DNA of 64,000 nucleotides from Camelus ferus. Taxonomy: Eukaryota. The notes below the pieces were generated by a model. The model worked only from the letters and a program-made list of their open reading frames with translations. It was not told where the DNA came from and searched no databases. The stretch lies in the NCBI RefSeq assembly GCF_009834535.1, contig NC_045696.1, positions 27,034,001-27,098,000 of the forward strand, given 5' to 3'. The position numbers were made by a program, and so were the translations under genes. The stretch's first letter is position 1; the number at the start of each line of letters is the position of its first letter. Below, piece after piece: positions 51,952 through 64,000 of the stretch.

Positions 51952-52474
51952 CGGTTAACTCTCAAAATACTTTGTAACATCATAGCGGGACAGGCTAAAT
52001 AGAATGCCAAGGCCCATTTTTCTCCCTAATAAAAATGCACATGCCCCTAAAATTGAATTATGAATTATGCTAAATTTGAATTACGCTAAATTTCTACATA
52101 ATGTCATATATTCTATGAAATGATTTTCTCTGCAACGATGTGTGTCAAAGTGTATCTTTTGCTAGAAGTTTTAAGCATCTAATCACAATTTTTTTCCTGA
52201 ATCATTAACAGCCTACAGTAGCTTGAAAATATAAGGTTCCTGTCTTACAAAATCACAGAATAACATCTAATACCCCATTTACAAAAATATATCTAGATTA
52301 TGTTCCACACAAATGTGTGTACGTCAATTTTCAAATCTTTTTAAGTGCTGGACCCCATATAGCACTGAATTAAATCAGATCTAAAAGTAACAGCTATAAT
52401 AATAATAATAATAATAATATTTTCAGGTGATCTTAATCTGTAGAAAGATAATTTGTTTCACACACATAGCTTAC

Positions 52475-52508
52475 AATGTTAAACACATTGAAGATGAAAG
52501 CAAAGCAG
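52475..52508 (-). pseudogene. Exon remnant (34 nt, 0->1): LLCFHLQCV*H
   Basis: tttcttatttag / gtaagc; phase bridges both neighbours exactly. Confidence 0.65.
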
Positions 52509-52700
52509 CTAAATAAGAAAGAAATTTAAAAAATATATGTGTATAGTCATTCCACAATTGTAACACAGAAAAATCATTTTGGCTCTTTAATATTATTTTC
52601 TGCCTAATTTTAGTTTTGCAAAACAAATATGCCAGGCAATCTCCTGGGCTAAGAATGACAGAGATTAATACCACACAAAAATGTCTTTTGAGAAGCTCAC

Positions 52701-53001
52701 AGTCTCTGAGAGAGGCAGACAAAAGTGGGATGTTTTGTACAGTTTTGTCTGTTTAATGGCACTGATAGACCCTCTATGAAAGTTTGGCTGACCAGAAGTC
52801 TAATGGTTTGCCTATTTTAGCTAGCTGCAGTTGTCAAGTTATGCTAAGAACTGGCCAGTCAGGCCTAATATGTCATATCTCAACTGCAGATACGTAATGT
52901 TTAAAAGGAGAATGATGACAGAATTTTCATGGGACTTGGCCTTGCTATAGGACTGAGCTTCCAAAATCTTCATTTATATTTCTTTGCCATTGCAATGGTA
53001 C
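52701..53001 (-). pseudogene. Exon remnant (301 nt, 2->0): YHCNGKEI*MKILEAQSY...ITYLQLRYDILG...SAIKQTKLYKTSHFCLPLSET
   Basis: aag / gtgagc; first half of a C2 domain (KILEA, YLQL, KQTK, ET). Confidence 0.6.
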
Positions 53002-56000
53002 CTTTTTATAAGCAGAATGTTTTTAAAGGAGAATTTTTCAAATATTCTAACAATCACTTCTCTCTGAACTCTCAATTACTATATATCTCATGGATAGTTT
53101 ATTTAGTCTCTCACTGAGGGGCATCAGCACTACCGAACACCCCTGAAGTAGAACTGGTATCTCCCTCCTTAATGCTCTAATACAACCTGCATAGATCATA
53201 GTTGTGGTACTCTGTATAGTATTTCTTTGTTTAGATGCTTATTTCCTACACTGGATAATAGTATCTCATGATAAGGAATTATGTCATAGTAGTTTTGTCC
53301 CTCAAGTTTGTCAGTCCTAGATTTTTGTTGAATGAATGAATGAGTGAATGAATAAACTGCTACAAATAACTTATTTCTTTAGGCAAAATTCCCTTGTCTC
53401 CCTCTTCTTCACTGGTTCCTACCAAATCCCTGAAAGTTGAATTGGGGATACATTAAGTTAGGGTTTAGTGGATATGTTTAAGTGTGTTCCTGTCATTTCT
53501 GCTTCTAAGAACAGTATTCAGGAATCTTCTTCCCCACACTATGGTAACACAATTGGCTCATCATGTTTTGAAAAAGCAGGCTATATTATAATATGAAAGT
53601 ATCCTATGGCACTAAAAGGTGAGATGAGGTTTGAAATATATGCAGCTAGAAGCTAATCTATGAAAATCAGTCTCATTTTTCATCTGTGAAAGAAACTTGG
53701 TAGAATTTTTCTCAAACTTGAAAACAATCAGGAATTTATATGCAACTACCAATATATAGTTTTGAAGCTGAAAGAAAAAAAAATTTAATAAAAAACAAAA
53801 TTCAACCACACAAGAGGAAAAACTAAATTATCTTTTTAGGTGCTCTATAGAACATGATACTGTAAAATTATTACCATATGAAGAGATGAAAGAATATGCA
53901 GCCAAAATATAGGAAAATAATTTATCAAGCAATTAATAAAATGTTGTTTTTCTGATTTGCTGATATTGGTAGTATTGTCAGATTTTTCATTGTTTATAAG
54001 CGTATTTTATAAGCTTCATTCCCCCAAACCCTGGACCTATCCTTGCTCTGAGTGAAATGGAGAGGTGGCTTCAGGATTTTTAGCTGAAGAGTGGATATAA
54101 ACAGAAAAAGCATGAGTGAGCAAGATCTCAGGTGAGCTCTAACATTAAGAAATGCCAGAGACAAGAGAAAAGGAGGAATCAGCAAAGACCTAGAAGCCAC
54201 CACAAAAAGAAGAAAAGCCAAGTTCTTGAGGGTCTTTTGTGGGAATCCAAGTGAAGAAAATGCATAAAACAGGAAGTGAGCAACTGTCTGCTAGTGGATT
54301 GAATTTCAAATGAATCAAGAACTTGGTGTTTCTTTTTTTATTTCAGAATATTTCTGAAAGACAAATAAAATGTCATGTTTAAATTTTTTTTTTTAATTTC
54401 TCAAGGTTCACCCTCCCCCAAATTTTCAATCAGCGCATTTTCAAAATCATCTTACCGGTTCACATACATGTTTTCTTCATTTTGTTACGAGCTCCTTGAG
54501 GAAAGGGACATGATATCTTTATTTTGTACACTCAGCATATCGTTTGGTGCCTGGAATATAACAGCTGTTCTCAGTGTTCAGTGAGTGAGAGAATAAAGGG
54601 ATAGAACAAAGTAAAAATGTTAGGTTCCCCATTGCAACTGAGGGCGCATCCTGAAAAGATATGGTTTCTAGAAATAATTTTCACACCTTTCCAATTTCAG
54701 ATGTCAGGAGCCAGGAACACTGAACTGTGCACCATCCACAGAACGTGCCAACAAATGCATTCATGGTAACATTCCTTTGTTCCGGTTGATTGTTAATTTT
54801 GTGAGTGCATAGGGTCAGGGGTAGGGGAAAAGGAGCTGGTCAGGTAGACAGCTAGTGGCCTTTAGATGATTAAAGCGGCTTATTCTTCCAGGGAAGTTCC
54901 TTTGTGTTTTAGATACAGGATTTCTGTTCCCCTTTTAAAAGAGAGGGGAAATGATGTTACATGAAGAAGCTTGAAGACCCATAGTAAAGCTACCTTTTAT
55001 CCTGTGAGCTTTCTCATCTCCTCCAGTTCCACTGGTTACTTCCTCCTGATGCTGCCCTTTTTGCTGCATACTCCATATCAAGGTCACCTTTCTTACATTT
55101 CTTTTTAAAGTCAAAGGTCCTTTTTTACTTCAGTTTCAAATACCATCCTCAATTGCTTACTTCTAAGACTTACTGAAGAGTATGGCCTCTGAGGACTAAT
55201 AGAATTATAATCTTTATATACAGATACTAATGCATTAAATACCAAATTTTAAATGTAGTTTAAAGATTACTGAATCGTACAGCTTCCTCACTATCTATGT
55301 CTGGAATTGCACTTGCCATACCCAGGCATCGCTATGGTGTGATTTAATTAATAAACTGCAGGAGGTCAGGTAGTAAGTCCTGTTCCTTATTTTCAGAATC
55401 TTCAACGCAGATCATGAATATGCAGCCATTTAATCATAAATTCACAACTTTCCAATTATTACCTGTGTGACCCTGGCAAACTATTTAACCTCTATGCAAT
55501 GTAAAGAGTCTATGCTGAAAAATAGATACTAAATAGGGTAACCATGTACTTTATTTTCCAGACAGACACTTTCGTAAATGGTAGCGAATACTAGTAATAA
55601 TTTTACTCTAAAAACAAACAAAACAGGCATAAAAACCTGGACCCTTCAAGAGAATCCAGAACATGTGGTCATCCTACTAATAACAGTATTTACCATTATT
55701 AAGTGAGAAAACACAAGGAAAACATGTACACTTGGAACTGTAAGTGCTCAATAAATATTAGGTTATTGTTATTTATATTGTTATATATTATTATTGATCT
55801 AGGAAAACTCTTGAGCCATCTTTGGTCTGTAACTAGCTGTCACCTACCAAGACATGTAAAACAACCATGTTTTCCCACTTTTTCTTCCTTTAACATTTTC
55901 TTTTGATAGTATATTTCACAGTTAAGCCATTCTCACCATCAGTAAATTTCTGTAATCTGGATGCAGTAAGTGAAATATTTTAGTGAACTGAATGACTATT

Positions 56001-57865
56001 GGGTAGAATTCCAACCTCAGAAGAGATTAAGAAGAGCTGATAATTTTTTGAATGAGCCCTGAAGGATTATTTTGAAACTCGTCTCAGCCTCTCATTTTAA
56101 AGGCAGCATCATTTCAATTCCTTTAATTTCTTCTCATAAGTACAATCTTCCAGCTCTTTCATTTATGTGGCTCAGCAAAGAATCCTACACAAAGTTCATT
56201 AAACTCCTAAAGGAGCCTCACATTAGGCACTGTCCTCTAATAAAGATAAAATGTTGAATATAGCAAGAGGATAACATTGAAATTGCCATAGGCTAATTTG
56301 GCATTCTAGTAAAACATTTTTGTATGTATATTTAGGATCATGCTTGATTTATTGCTTTATACTGAAATAAACATAGCCACTGCCTCTTAGGAGTTCACAA
56401 TAAAAAAAAAATACAGATTCTTCAGGTCGTTAAAATCTATATGGTGGTGTAGATAATGGATTGAGAGTTCCATAAGGACCATGACTGTGTTTGTTTTTAT
56501 CACCAGTGTATAACAAACCGCTAGCAGAGGATTTAGCACATTCTAGGCTGCTGGCAAATATCTGCTGAATAGATGAATACGTGGATGAACAAATGAGCAA
56601 ATGAAGACAGACTCAGATGAGACAATACTAAATAAATGTAGTGAATCACTTATTAAAGCTATATACAAATAAAAATATCAAATAATAATATCTATCCATC
56701 TATTCAGGGAATACTTATTGAACACCTCCTTCTGCTAAATACTAAGACTATAAAAGAAAATTAAGAGACAGTCATTGTTCACTTATAAACATTGAGAAAT
56801 ATATTATGGATTAGATAAAATAGCAAATAATCTCAATATACACTAAAATAATAATACATTGTGAACAATAAAGTTTATCCCATAAATGCAAAGATGGTTT
56901 AACAGTAACTATTTTTTTATTCATTACATTGTTAATTAAAAGGGAAAAATCATATAACCATAGGAATGAATAGCTGATAAAAGTCTTTTGATAGTATCCA
57001 AATATTTCTGGCATTTTTTTGGCAAACTGGGAACAGAAAATATTTTTAACACAAAAAGTAAAAATTAGAAATAATTACAGAGATGAGTCTGAAAGAGTGA
57101 ATCACTAGAAAGAGTCTCATTCTAGTCAGAAACAAGTTCCCTACATTGCCACTATTAGTCAACAGCCTAAAAGTTGTGGAAGGAAGGAAGGAAGGAAAGA
57201 AGGAAGAAAACAGAGAGAGAAAGAATGAGAGAAAGAACAAGAGAAAGAGAGAAAGAAAGGAAACAATGAACAAACAAGGGTATAGACACTGGAAATGAGA
57301 TGAAATGACAGTCATTAATATATCTGTGTGTGTGTGTTTGTGTATGAAAAACTATGTAAAGATGCTCATCAAACTGTCAGTAATATCTTGAAAAGGGAGG
57401 AAATTTCAGCTTTCTCACTTTTCTGTTTACAATTCTGGACGTGGCATGATGAGAACGGTTATATCTATATGTACAATACATTCCCTGCCCTCATGGAGCT
57501 TCCTTCATTGAGGAAAAGAGACATGGCTGTGACCAGATATTTGCCTTATAATACCTAGTATAATAGAAGCCCTCATACTGATTAAAGAGAGGAAAGGAGG
57601 AAGTAACCAACTAGGTATCAGGGAAGATTTTGGAGAGGGATAGGAGTGAAAAAAAAAATGCTTTCAAGGCAATGAAAACAATGAGTGTGAGATTAAGGAC
57701 TATGAAAACAAAATTTATTTTGTGAGAGCAAATCACTCCACATAGTTAACAGCATAGGATGTAATGGAAGAAGTAAAGAAAGAGGAAAGTAGCATGTTGA
57801 GAAAAGGGAATTTGATCAGATTGTAAGAGTTTACCTATCATGCCAAGTAGATAAAGCTCAATTTC

Positions 57866-58751
57866 ATACCAGTAACCAGAATCCAACAACATATAAAAAA
57901 AGAGCATATAGTACGATCAAGTTGGATTCATCTTAGAGACACAAGGATGGTTCAACACATACATATCAATCAATGATATACTACATCAACAAAAGAAAGG
58001 ACAACAATCACAATAGATGCAGAAAAAGCATCTGATAAAATTCAATACCCTTTTATGATAAAAACTCTTACCAAAGTGGGTATAGAGGGGACATATACCA
58101 ACATAATAAAAGCTATTTATGACAGACCCACAGCAAACACAATACTCAATGGTGAAAAGTTGAAAGCCTTCCCATTAAAATCTGGAATAAGACAAGGATG
58201 CCCACTCACCACTTCTATTCAGCATAGTATTGCAAGTCCTAGCCATAGCAATCAGACAAGAAAAAGAAATAAAATGGATACAAATTAGAAGAGAAGAGGT
58301 AAAATTGTCACTATATGCAGATGACATGATATTATATATAGAAAATTCTAAAGACTCTACTAGAGTCTACTAGAGCTGATAAATTCAGCAAAGTACCAAG
58401 ATACAAGATTTAACATACAGAAATCTGTTGCATTTCTTTACACTAACAATGAAATATCAGGAAAGGAAAGTAAAAAACAATCCCTTTTAAAATTGCATCA
58501 AGCAAAATTCTTAGGAATAAATCTGACCCAGGAGGTGAAAGATTTATATGCAGAGAACTATAAAACACTGATTTAGTAAACTAAAGATCATTTAAAGAAA
58601 TGGAAAGATATCCCATGTTTTCGGATTGGAAGAATTAATATTGTTAAAATGGCCATATTACCCAAAGCAATCTACAGATTTAGTGCAATCCCTATCAAAT
58701 TACCCAGGACATTTTTCACAGAACTGGAACAAATAATTATACCAGTAACCA
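57866..58751 (+). mobile_element. Internal L1 ORF2 (RT domain) fragment flanked by 13-bp direct repeats
   Basis: ORFs 58055.. ([35 protein letters not shown]) and 58649.. ([19 protein letters not shown]); gcagatgacatg = YADD; repeats ataccagtaacca. Confidence 0.95.
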
Positions 58752-60489
58752 TACATTTTCATTTATGTACACCCCCAAAAATGTTTAAAAACTATCCTTG
58801 TAATGTAACATCTATATGTGTACTATACACTATATATATTATAAAAATATATACTATCTTGTTAAAAACTTTATTCCAAATTTATGCCAAATTATTTCCT
58901 TCATGTAAGCTAAATGAAAAAAGAAGTCCTCTCATCATCCATATCAGAATGTCATGTTTAAGACAGTATATATTTAGGCATACAGGTAGATGTGTAGGTA
59001 GATAGACAGACAAATAATCAGACATATGGATTACAAAATGAAGCCTTGACAAAAAAAAAAATTACCTAACTGAAATAAGATAAAGCCCCCTTCAACATGT
59101 CTTAATGAAGTTCTTTTGGTTTTTTCTCAGGGAAATCATTCTCAGAAGCTATGCATTCTTGAAATACCCCTTTGTTTATAACCTAGGAGATATTTGTACC
59201 TGGGGAGTGCAAAATACCATCCAGGATGGATGAGAAAAAAGGACAAGGATAATTATGAAAGAAGTGTTGGGAAAGGAGAATTTCTGGACAGCAAGATCAT
59301 TTTCAGGAAGATCTATTTTAGGAGAAAATACACCTGAAAATATATTTCACTAAAACTATCTGACTTCATATCCCCTAGAAAGTATTCCTGTGGCCAACAG
59401 GCACTAGTGACTCAGTCAATAGACCACTTCCATTGACAAGAAAGAGTTATTAATTTTAAAATGTATACTAGAAGTGACCTGGTGATATTTGTGTTTTCCA
59501 ACTGCCTAATATGGTGCCAGAAACATAGAAAGGAATCAATAAATAGCTATTAATAAAGTAATCAACAAATGAACAAATAAACAAGTTAAGTAAATTAGGA
59601 ACTCTAGAGAATAGGAAGGTATGTCTCCTGTTGTTGGAACTCTCCCAGCCACTGTCTTGTCTGACTAGATTACTTCTATCTTCCTGTAAAGTTTTATCTC
59701 TTTTGAAAAAAATTTCATTCAGAGTATGCTACTTTCCCCAGTCTTCTCTGTAAGTCAGTTGTGCCTCATGAATATCTGTCATATTAATTATCACATCACA
59801 CAGTAATTGCTGACTTACATGTCTGCTTTATCCTTTAGTATATGATAACATGAATCACTCTGGCTAACGTATCCTCAGTGCCTGGGATATAATAGATGTT
59901 CAATAAAAATTTAATAAATGAATAATACAAAAATATGAGAATGTATACTTAGATCCCTAGTGTTGGTGCTGACAAGACAATTCCCTGGGTTCTTATGGAG
60001 AGATATAGGTAAATTTAGTATCTGTACTTCCCAGAAACTTGAGGACCTGCAAGAGACTTTTCTTTTTCATTTGAACACAGAGCATATAGATATGCTCCTT
60101 CTGAGATACTAGTCTGCCTTTGTCTTTGAAAACTGTGTCTCACAAATGCTTGTGTTTTCTTCTTTGTAATGAATAATAAAAGACTTAGAGCCAAGTGTTC
60201 ATCACTAGGAAAAAGCAATGCATGCATATTTTATGTAACTTTATCACTGGTTTTATCTCATTCTTATCCTCATTTTGCTTCAGTCTTCATTTTTCTCATT
60301 CATGAATTTTTAACACTGAAAAAATATTTTACATGAAAAAATAATTTTACATGTAAATAAAAACAAAGTTATAATATGTAGAAAAATGAAAATTTCTCTT
60401 CTACTTCTCAAGAGACCTTCTCAGAGTCAACCGTTCTCAGTAGTGTCTTGGGTATTTTGTCCATTGCCTTTGAAGGTAACTTACATATA

Positions 60490-60710
60490 CAGTTGACCCT
60501 TGGACAATGCAAGATTTAAGGATACTAATCCTCTGTGCAGTTGAAAATATGCTTATAACTTTACAGTCGGCCCTCTGTAGCTGGGGTTCCACATTTATGA
60601 ATTCATACAACTGCAGATCACGTAACACTGTAGTATATATTTAGTGAAAGAAGTCCAAGTGTAAGTGTACATGCACAGCTCAAATTCATGTTTTTCAAGG
60701 GTCACCTCTA
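60490..60710. mobile_element. Tigger1/2-family (TcMar) non-autonomous element
   Basis: Terminal inverted repeats cagttgacccttg...caagggtcacct flanked by TA. Confidence 0.8.
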
Positions 60711-63700
60711 TATAATTTTATAGGCATACTGTATCCCTTTACAAAAATTATGGTGTAACAACTATGGTATATTTTTATTTTTTCTACTTTCATGATAGAT
60801 ATTATATATTTATATAGTTTATTACCATTCTCTCTTTCTGTAACATCTATATGACATATTTGGATCTTCTTATTCTATTTTACACATTTGTTAATGTCTC
60901 TACATATTAACCATCTGCTTATCTCTTTTCACTTCCTCTGGGAAATTCTTTCAGCTCTAACTTTCAGTTCATTAATGATCTCCTCTACTGCGTCTAATCT
61001 GCTGTAGAAGACCTCTGTGGAGTTGTTTAAATTTGTTGGCTATATTTTTTAATTTCTAGGAATTAGATTATTTTGAAAATCTGACCATTTTCCCCATATT
61101 TAATAAATCTAATATGTAAAAGGATATCTTAATTATCATATATTCTTATTTAACTTAGTGTTTTGAACTAAAAGCAATGTAGAGAACTATATGATTTTTG
61201 AACATGTAATATTTTGATTACATTGTAAGCAAAACTGAACTTAAGTTAACCTAAGAATATAGTCACAGTTTTAAACATTTTAACAGTTTTTTCTACTAAA
61301 AAATTTTCTGTGAATTATGGAGTAAGAAAAAGAAGAAGAAAGAAGAAAGAGAAAGAATGAAAACTTCCATTACTCATTGCAATGACATCAACTATTTAGT
61401 ACATGGTAGGAAAAGTTGCTTTTTCTTTCAGATGCTTGCTCCTTCCTCTATCCCTTTATTTAAATAGGAGATGAAACCAAGTAAGAAAAAAATGCATACA
61501 TACTACAAGTCATATAGTGGCTCTTTAAAAACTTGCCTGACTTTTTTCATGTTGACATGTCTTTTATTAATTCCTATATTTATATTTCAGTTTAAAGAAG
61601 GTTACTCCTTTATTTAAATAGTTTATTTATATAAATATACGTATTCTATAGGTGTGTTTGTGACCTTTTTGGCACTTAAATACTGCTAGTATTGTCGAGT
61701 GACAATCACAGTGAATTGGTTCCCCATGTGCTCTGTGATTTTAGATTATGACTTCACCGTTATTGGAAATTTAGCTCAGGTTCCTTGTCAACCAGGGGTG
61801 AGACCTTATCTTCCAAAGCAGTTTTGCCTTTATTTTTTCCAGTTGCTCACATATATAAATTACTTGGGACCATTTTTTTTGCTAAAATCAGTTGGGAAAA
61901 ACTGTGGGAGAAACATTTTGCTTAGAGAAATATTTTGTTTCCCTCAAAATTCAGCCATAAAGAAAAAACTTCCTTGTCATCTTTCTGTACCTCCAGGTAT
62001 TTTATTTTTTTCTAACTCACATTTTACTCAATGTGCAGCCCTATCAGAGTTCTGGTTTATGGAGGCCTCTTTGCTTTGATTGCCCTCCAATACTGCTCCT
62101 TTGTCTGGTCTCTGCTCCCCATTTAAGCATTTAAACCAAAGTCAATTGGTTGCTGAGACACACTTCCTGTTTTCCATCTTTACACTGCCTACACCATACT
62201 ACTGAAGCATCAACTTACGCATGTATGCTCTGGCTTTCAACTTATCAGTTCTTTTGTTGTTTCTGGTTCTTTATTTTTATCTTATTTATCCAGACCTTCT
62301 ATATATTTGTGCTGAAAGAATTTTGAAGTTATCTTATTCCACTAAGTTGTTATAATCAGTTACACATCCTGCCTCTACTTACATGTTAACTTTTTCATAT
62401 ATATTTTAAAATCAGTTTGTCAGAATTTTTTATTCTAAAGTTTACTGAATGATTTTTTAAAATTATTAGCAGCATTACGTTTTTCCCTTACAAACGTTTC
62501 CCATGTCTCATTTTCCCTCATTATAAATTGAAACATGTAAATAATACTAACACAGATCTATAATTAAAACCACAGATTTTTCATCTGTAGAACCTTGTTG
62601 CTACCTTTAAATAGAAGTCTTACTTTCTCCTCCTCGTCAAGATACTTTTGCAGGCTTCCTGGTTCCCCAAATCAGTATTGGACCTTGTTTTGATTTTCAA
62701 GTTTTCCATGGATTCACTATAGTACAAGTAGTCATGCTTGACTCCTTAAATACATGCTTAACAAAAAAATGTTCTATTTCCAGCTTAGTTTATTAGATTC
62801 CAATTTTAGGCTAGCCCAGTTCCAATAAATTATTCCTAATCGTTACCAGAGTTTTAATCAATTCGTTAGTAGATTTTCTAGTTTAGTTCCAGCATCACTT
62901 TTTCGTTCATGTCTAATGAAAATTTTCTTTCATTTTCCAGATATATTTGACTACATTTATATTCCAATTTATTCACTTAGATTTAATTTTCTGCTGAAGC
63001 TGCACTCTCTTTACCATTACAAGTCTTTTCTAGTTATCTGTACACTGTTGTGTTCTGCTTTACTTGCTCCCTTTGAAAAGATGTTCATTGCTACTTAAGC
63101 AATTTTGGCATTTCATTTCCACTCCTAGGTCTCTCAACAATCTCTGATTTTTATATAAAGATATGGAATGCTCTAATCATTCATACTAAACTCAATTTTT
63201 TTCACTCTTACAATAAGAATGGATCCCTATTTCCTGTTTTTAAATGTCATTCCAAAAAAACTTGTGTTTGAAGTAATGAGGATGAAAATTCATGACCTTT
63301 TGTTGTGCCTCAACAATCAATCAATTCAAAGAGAAAATCATAAAGTTGTATTCATGAGGGAACTCATCAGAAACCGATCATCACTGTATAGATTTACCTG
63401 GGTTGGGTATCTGAAATAATTCTAGCTTTGATTTTAGAGAATGCCAGCAAGAAATGAGAGCTTGGATAATTTATATGTATGCACATACCTGCTAGTAAAG
63501 TATATCTTTTCCAACATTTTTCCTAGGTGACTAAAAATGGTAAGCAATTTAATCTGGAGTCATGGTTGATACATACACTTTTCACATCACCAACTTCACT
63601 GACATATACACAGCCACCCTCTAATAAGTACTTATTGAATTAAATCCTGTTAGAATTAGCCCACCAAACACTTGTCAACATGCTCTAGATTCCTGAGCCC

Positions 63701-64000
63701 TTCTCCTCAGGGGTGTTGAATTAGAAAGGTCAATTGTTTGGTAGTTTACACATCTATCTGAGATCTTTATGGAAAAATATCCTGAAATCACTTCTGAGTA
63801 GCTGGAAGGTCATATTCCCCCAGTATACCCAGTAAGTTGGACAAAGAATTTTAACAAAAAATCCAGATAAGTGATAATAATGTCTATAAATAACTTCAGT
63901 CTGAGGTCATCAGTTCACTCCAAAGTTCTTTTTAGTTATTCCTTTCAAGTGAATTCAAAATCTTATGTTTTCAGGAACTTTAGTGAATGCAACTTAACCA

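Larger units (their letters stand above)
13..53001 (-). pseudogene. Decayed multi-exon gene (~49 exon remnants), tentatively C2 / G-alpha-like / G-alpha-like / C2 / G-alpha-like / helical tail; continues beyond position 1 and possibly upstream of 53001
   Basis: Chain of minus-strand segments with polypyrimidine+AG acceptors and GT donors. Intron phases join consistently over long runs. In-frame stops, frameshifts and mutated splice sites occur throughout. Translations resemble C2 and G-alpha secondary-structure motifs in the correct order. Confidence 0.8.

Noticed and set aside
54757..54770. RFX X-box-like half site (catggtaac) as the gene promoter
   Set aside because: Half site only, with no CpG island or other promoter evidence.

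Overview
AT-rich mammalian genomic DNA. It is probably camelid, inferred from the style of the young L1 3' ends and the absence of Alu, B1, BovB/Bov-tA, PRE1, SINEC and ERE SINEs. It is rich in L1, L2, MIR, LTR and DNA-transposon relics. None of the listed ORFs is a credible intact gene. Reading the minus strand for AG...GT-bounded segments shows about 49 mostly phase-compatible exon remnants, running from about 53,000 down to the window edge at 1 (about 5.7 kb, about 1,900 codons). These form one heavily decayed spliced (unitary-type) pseudogene with many stop codons, frameshifts and some dead splice sites. By-eye alignment of the reconstructed protein suggests an architecture I do not recognise in any named mammalian gene: C2 domain - G-alpha-like domain A - G-alpha-like domain B - C2 domain - G-alpha-like domain C - helical C-terminal tail. 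The GTP-binding motifs are largely degenerate. The domain calls are manual pattern matches and need profile/structure confirmation. No gene symbol is assigned.
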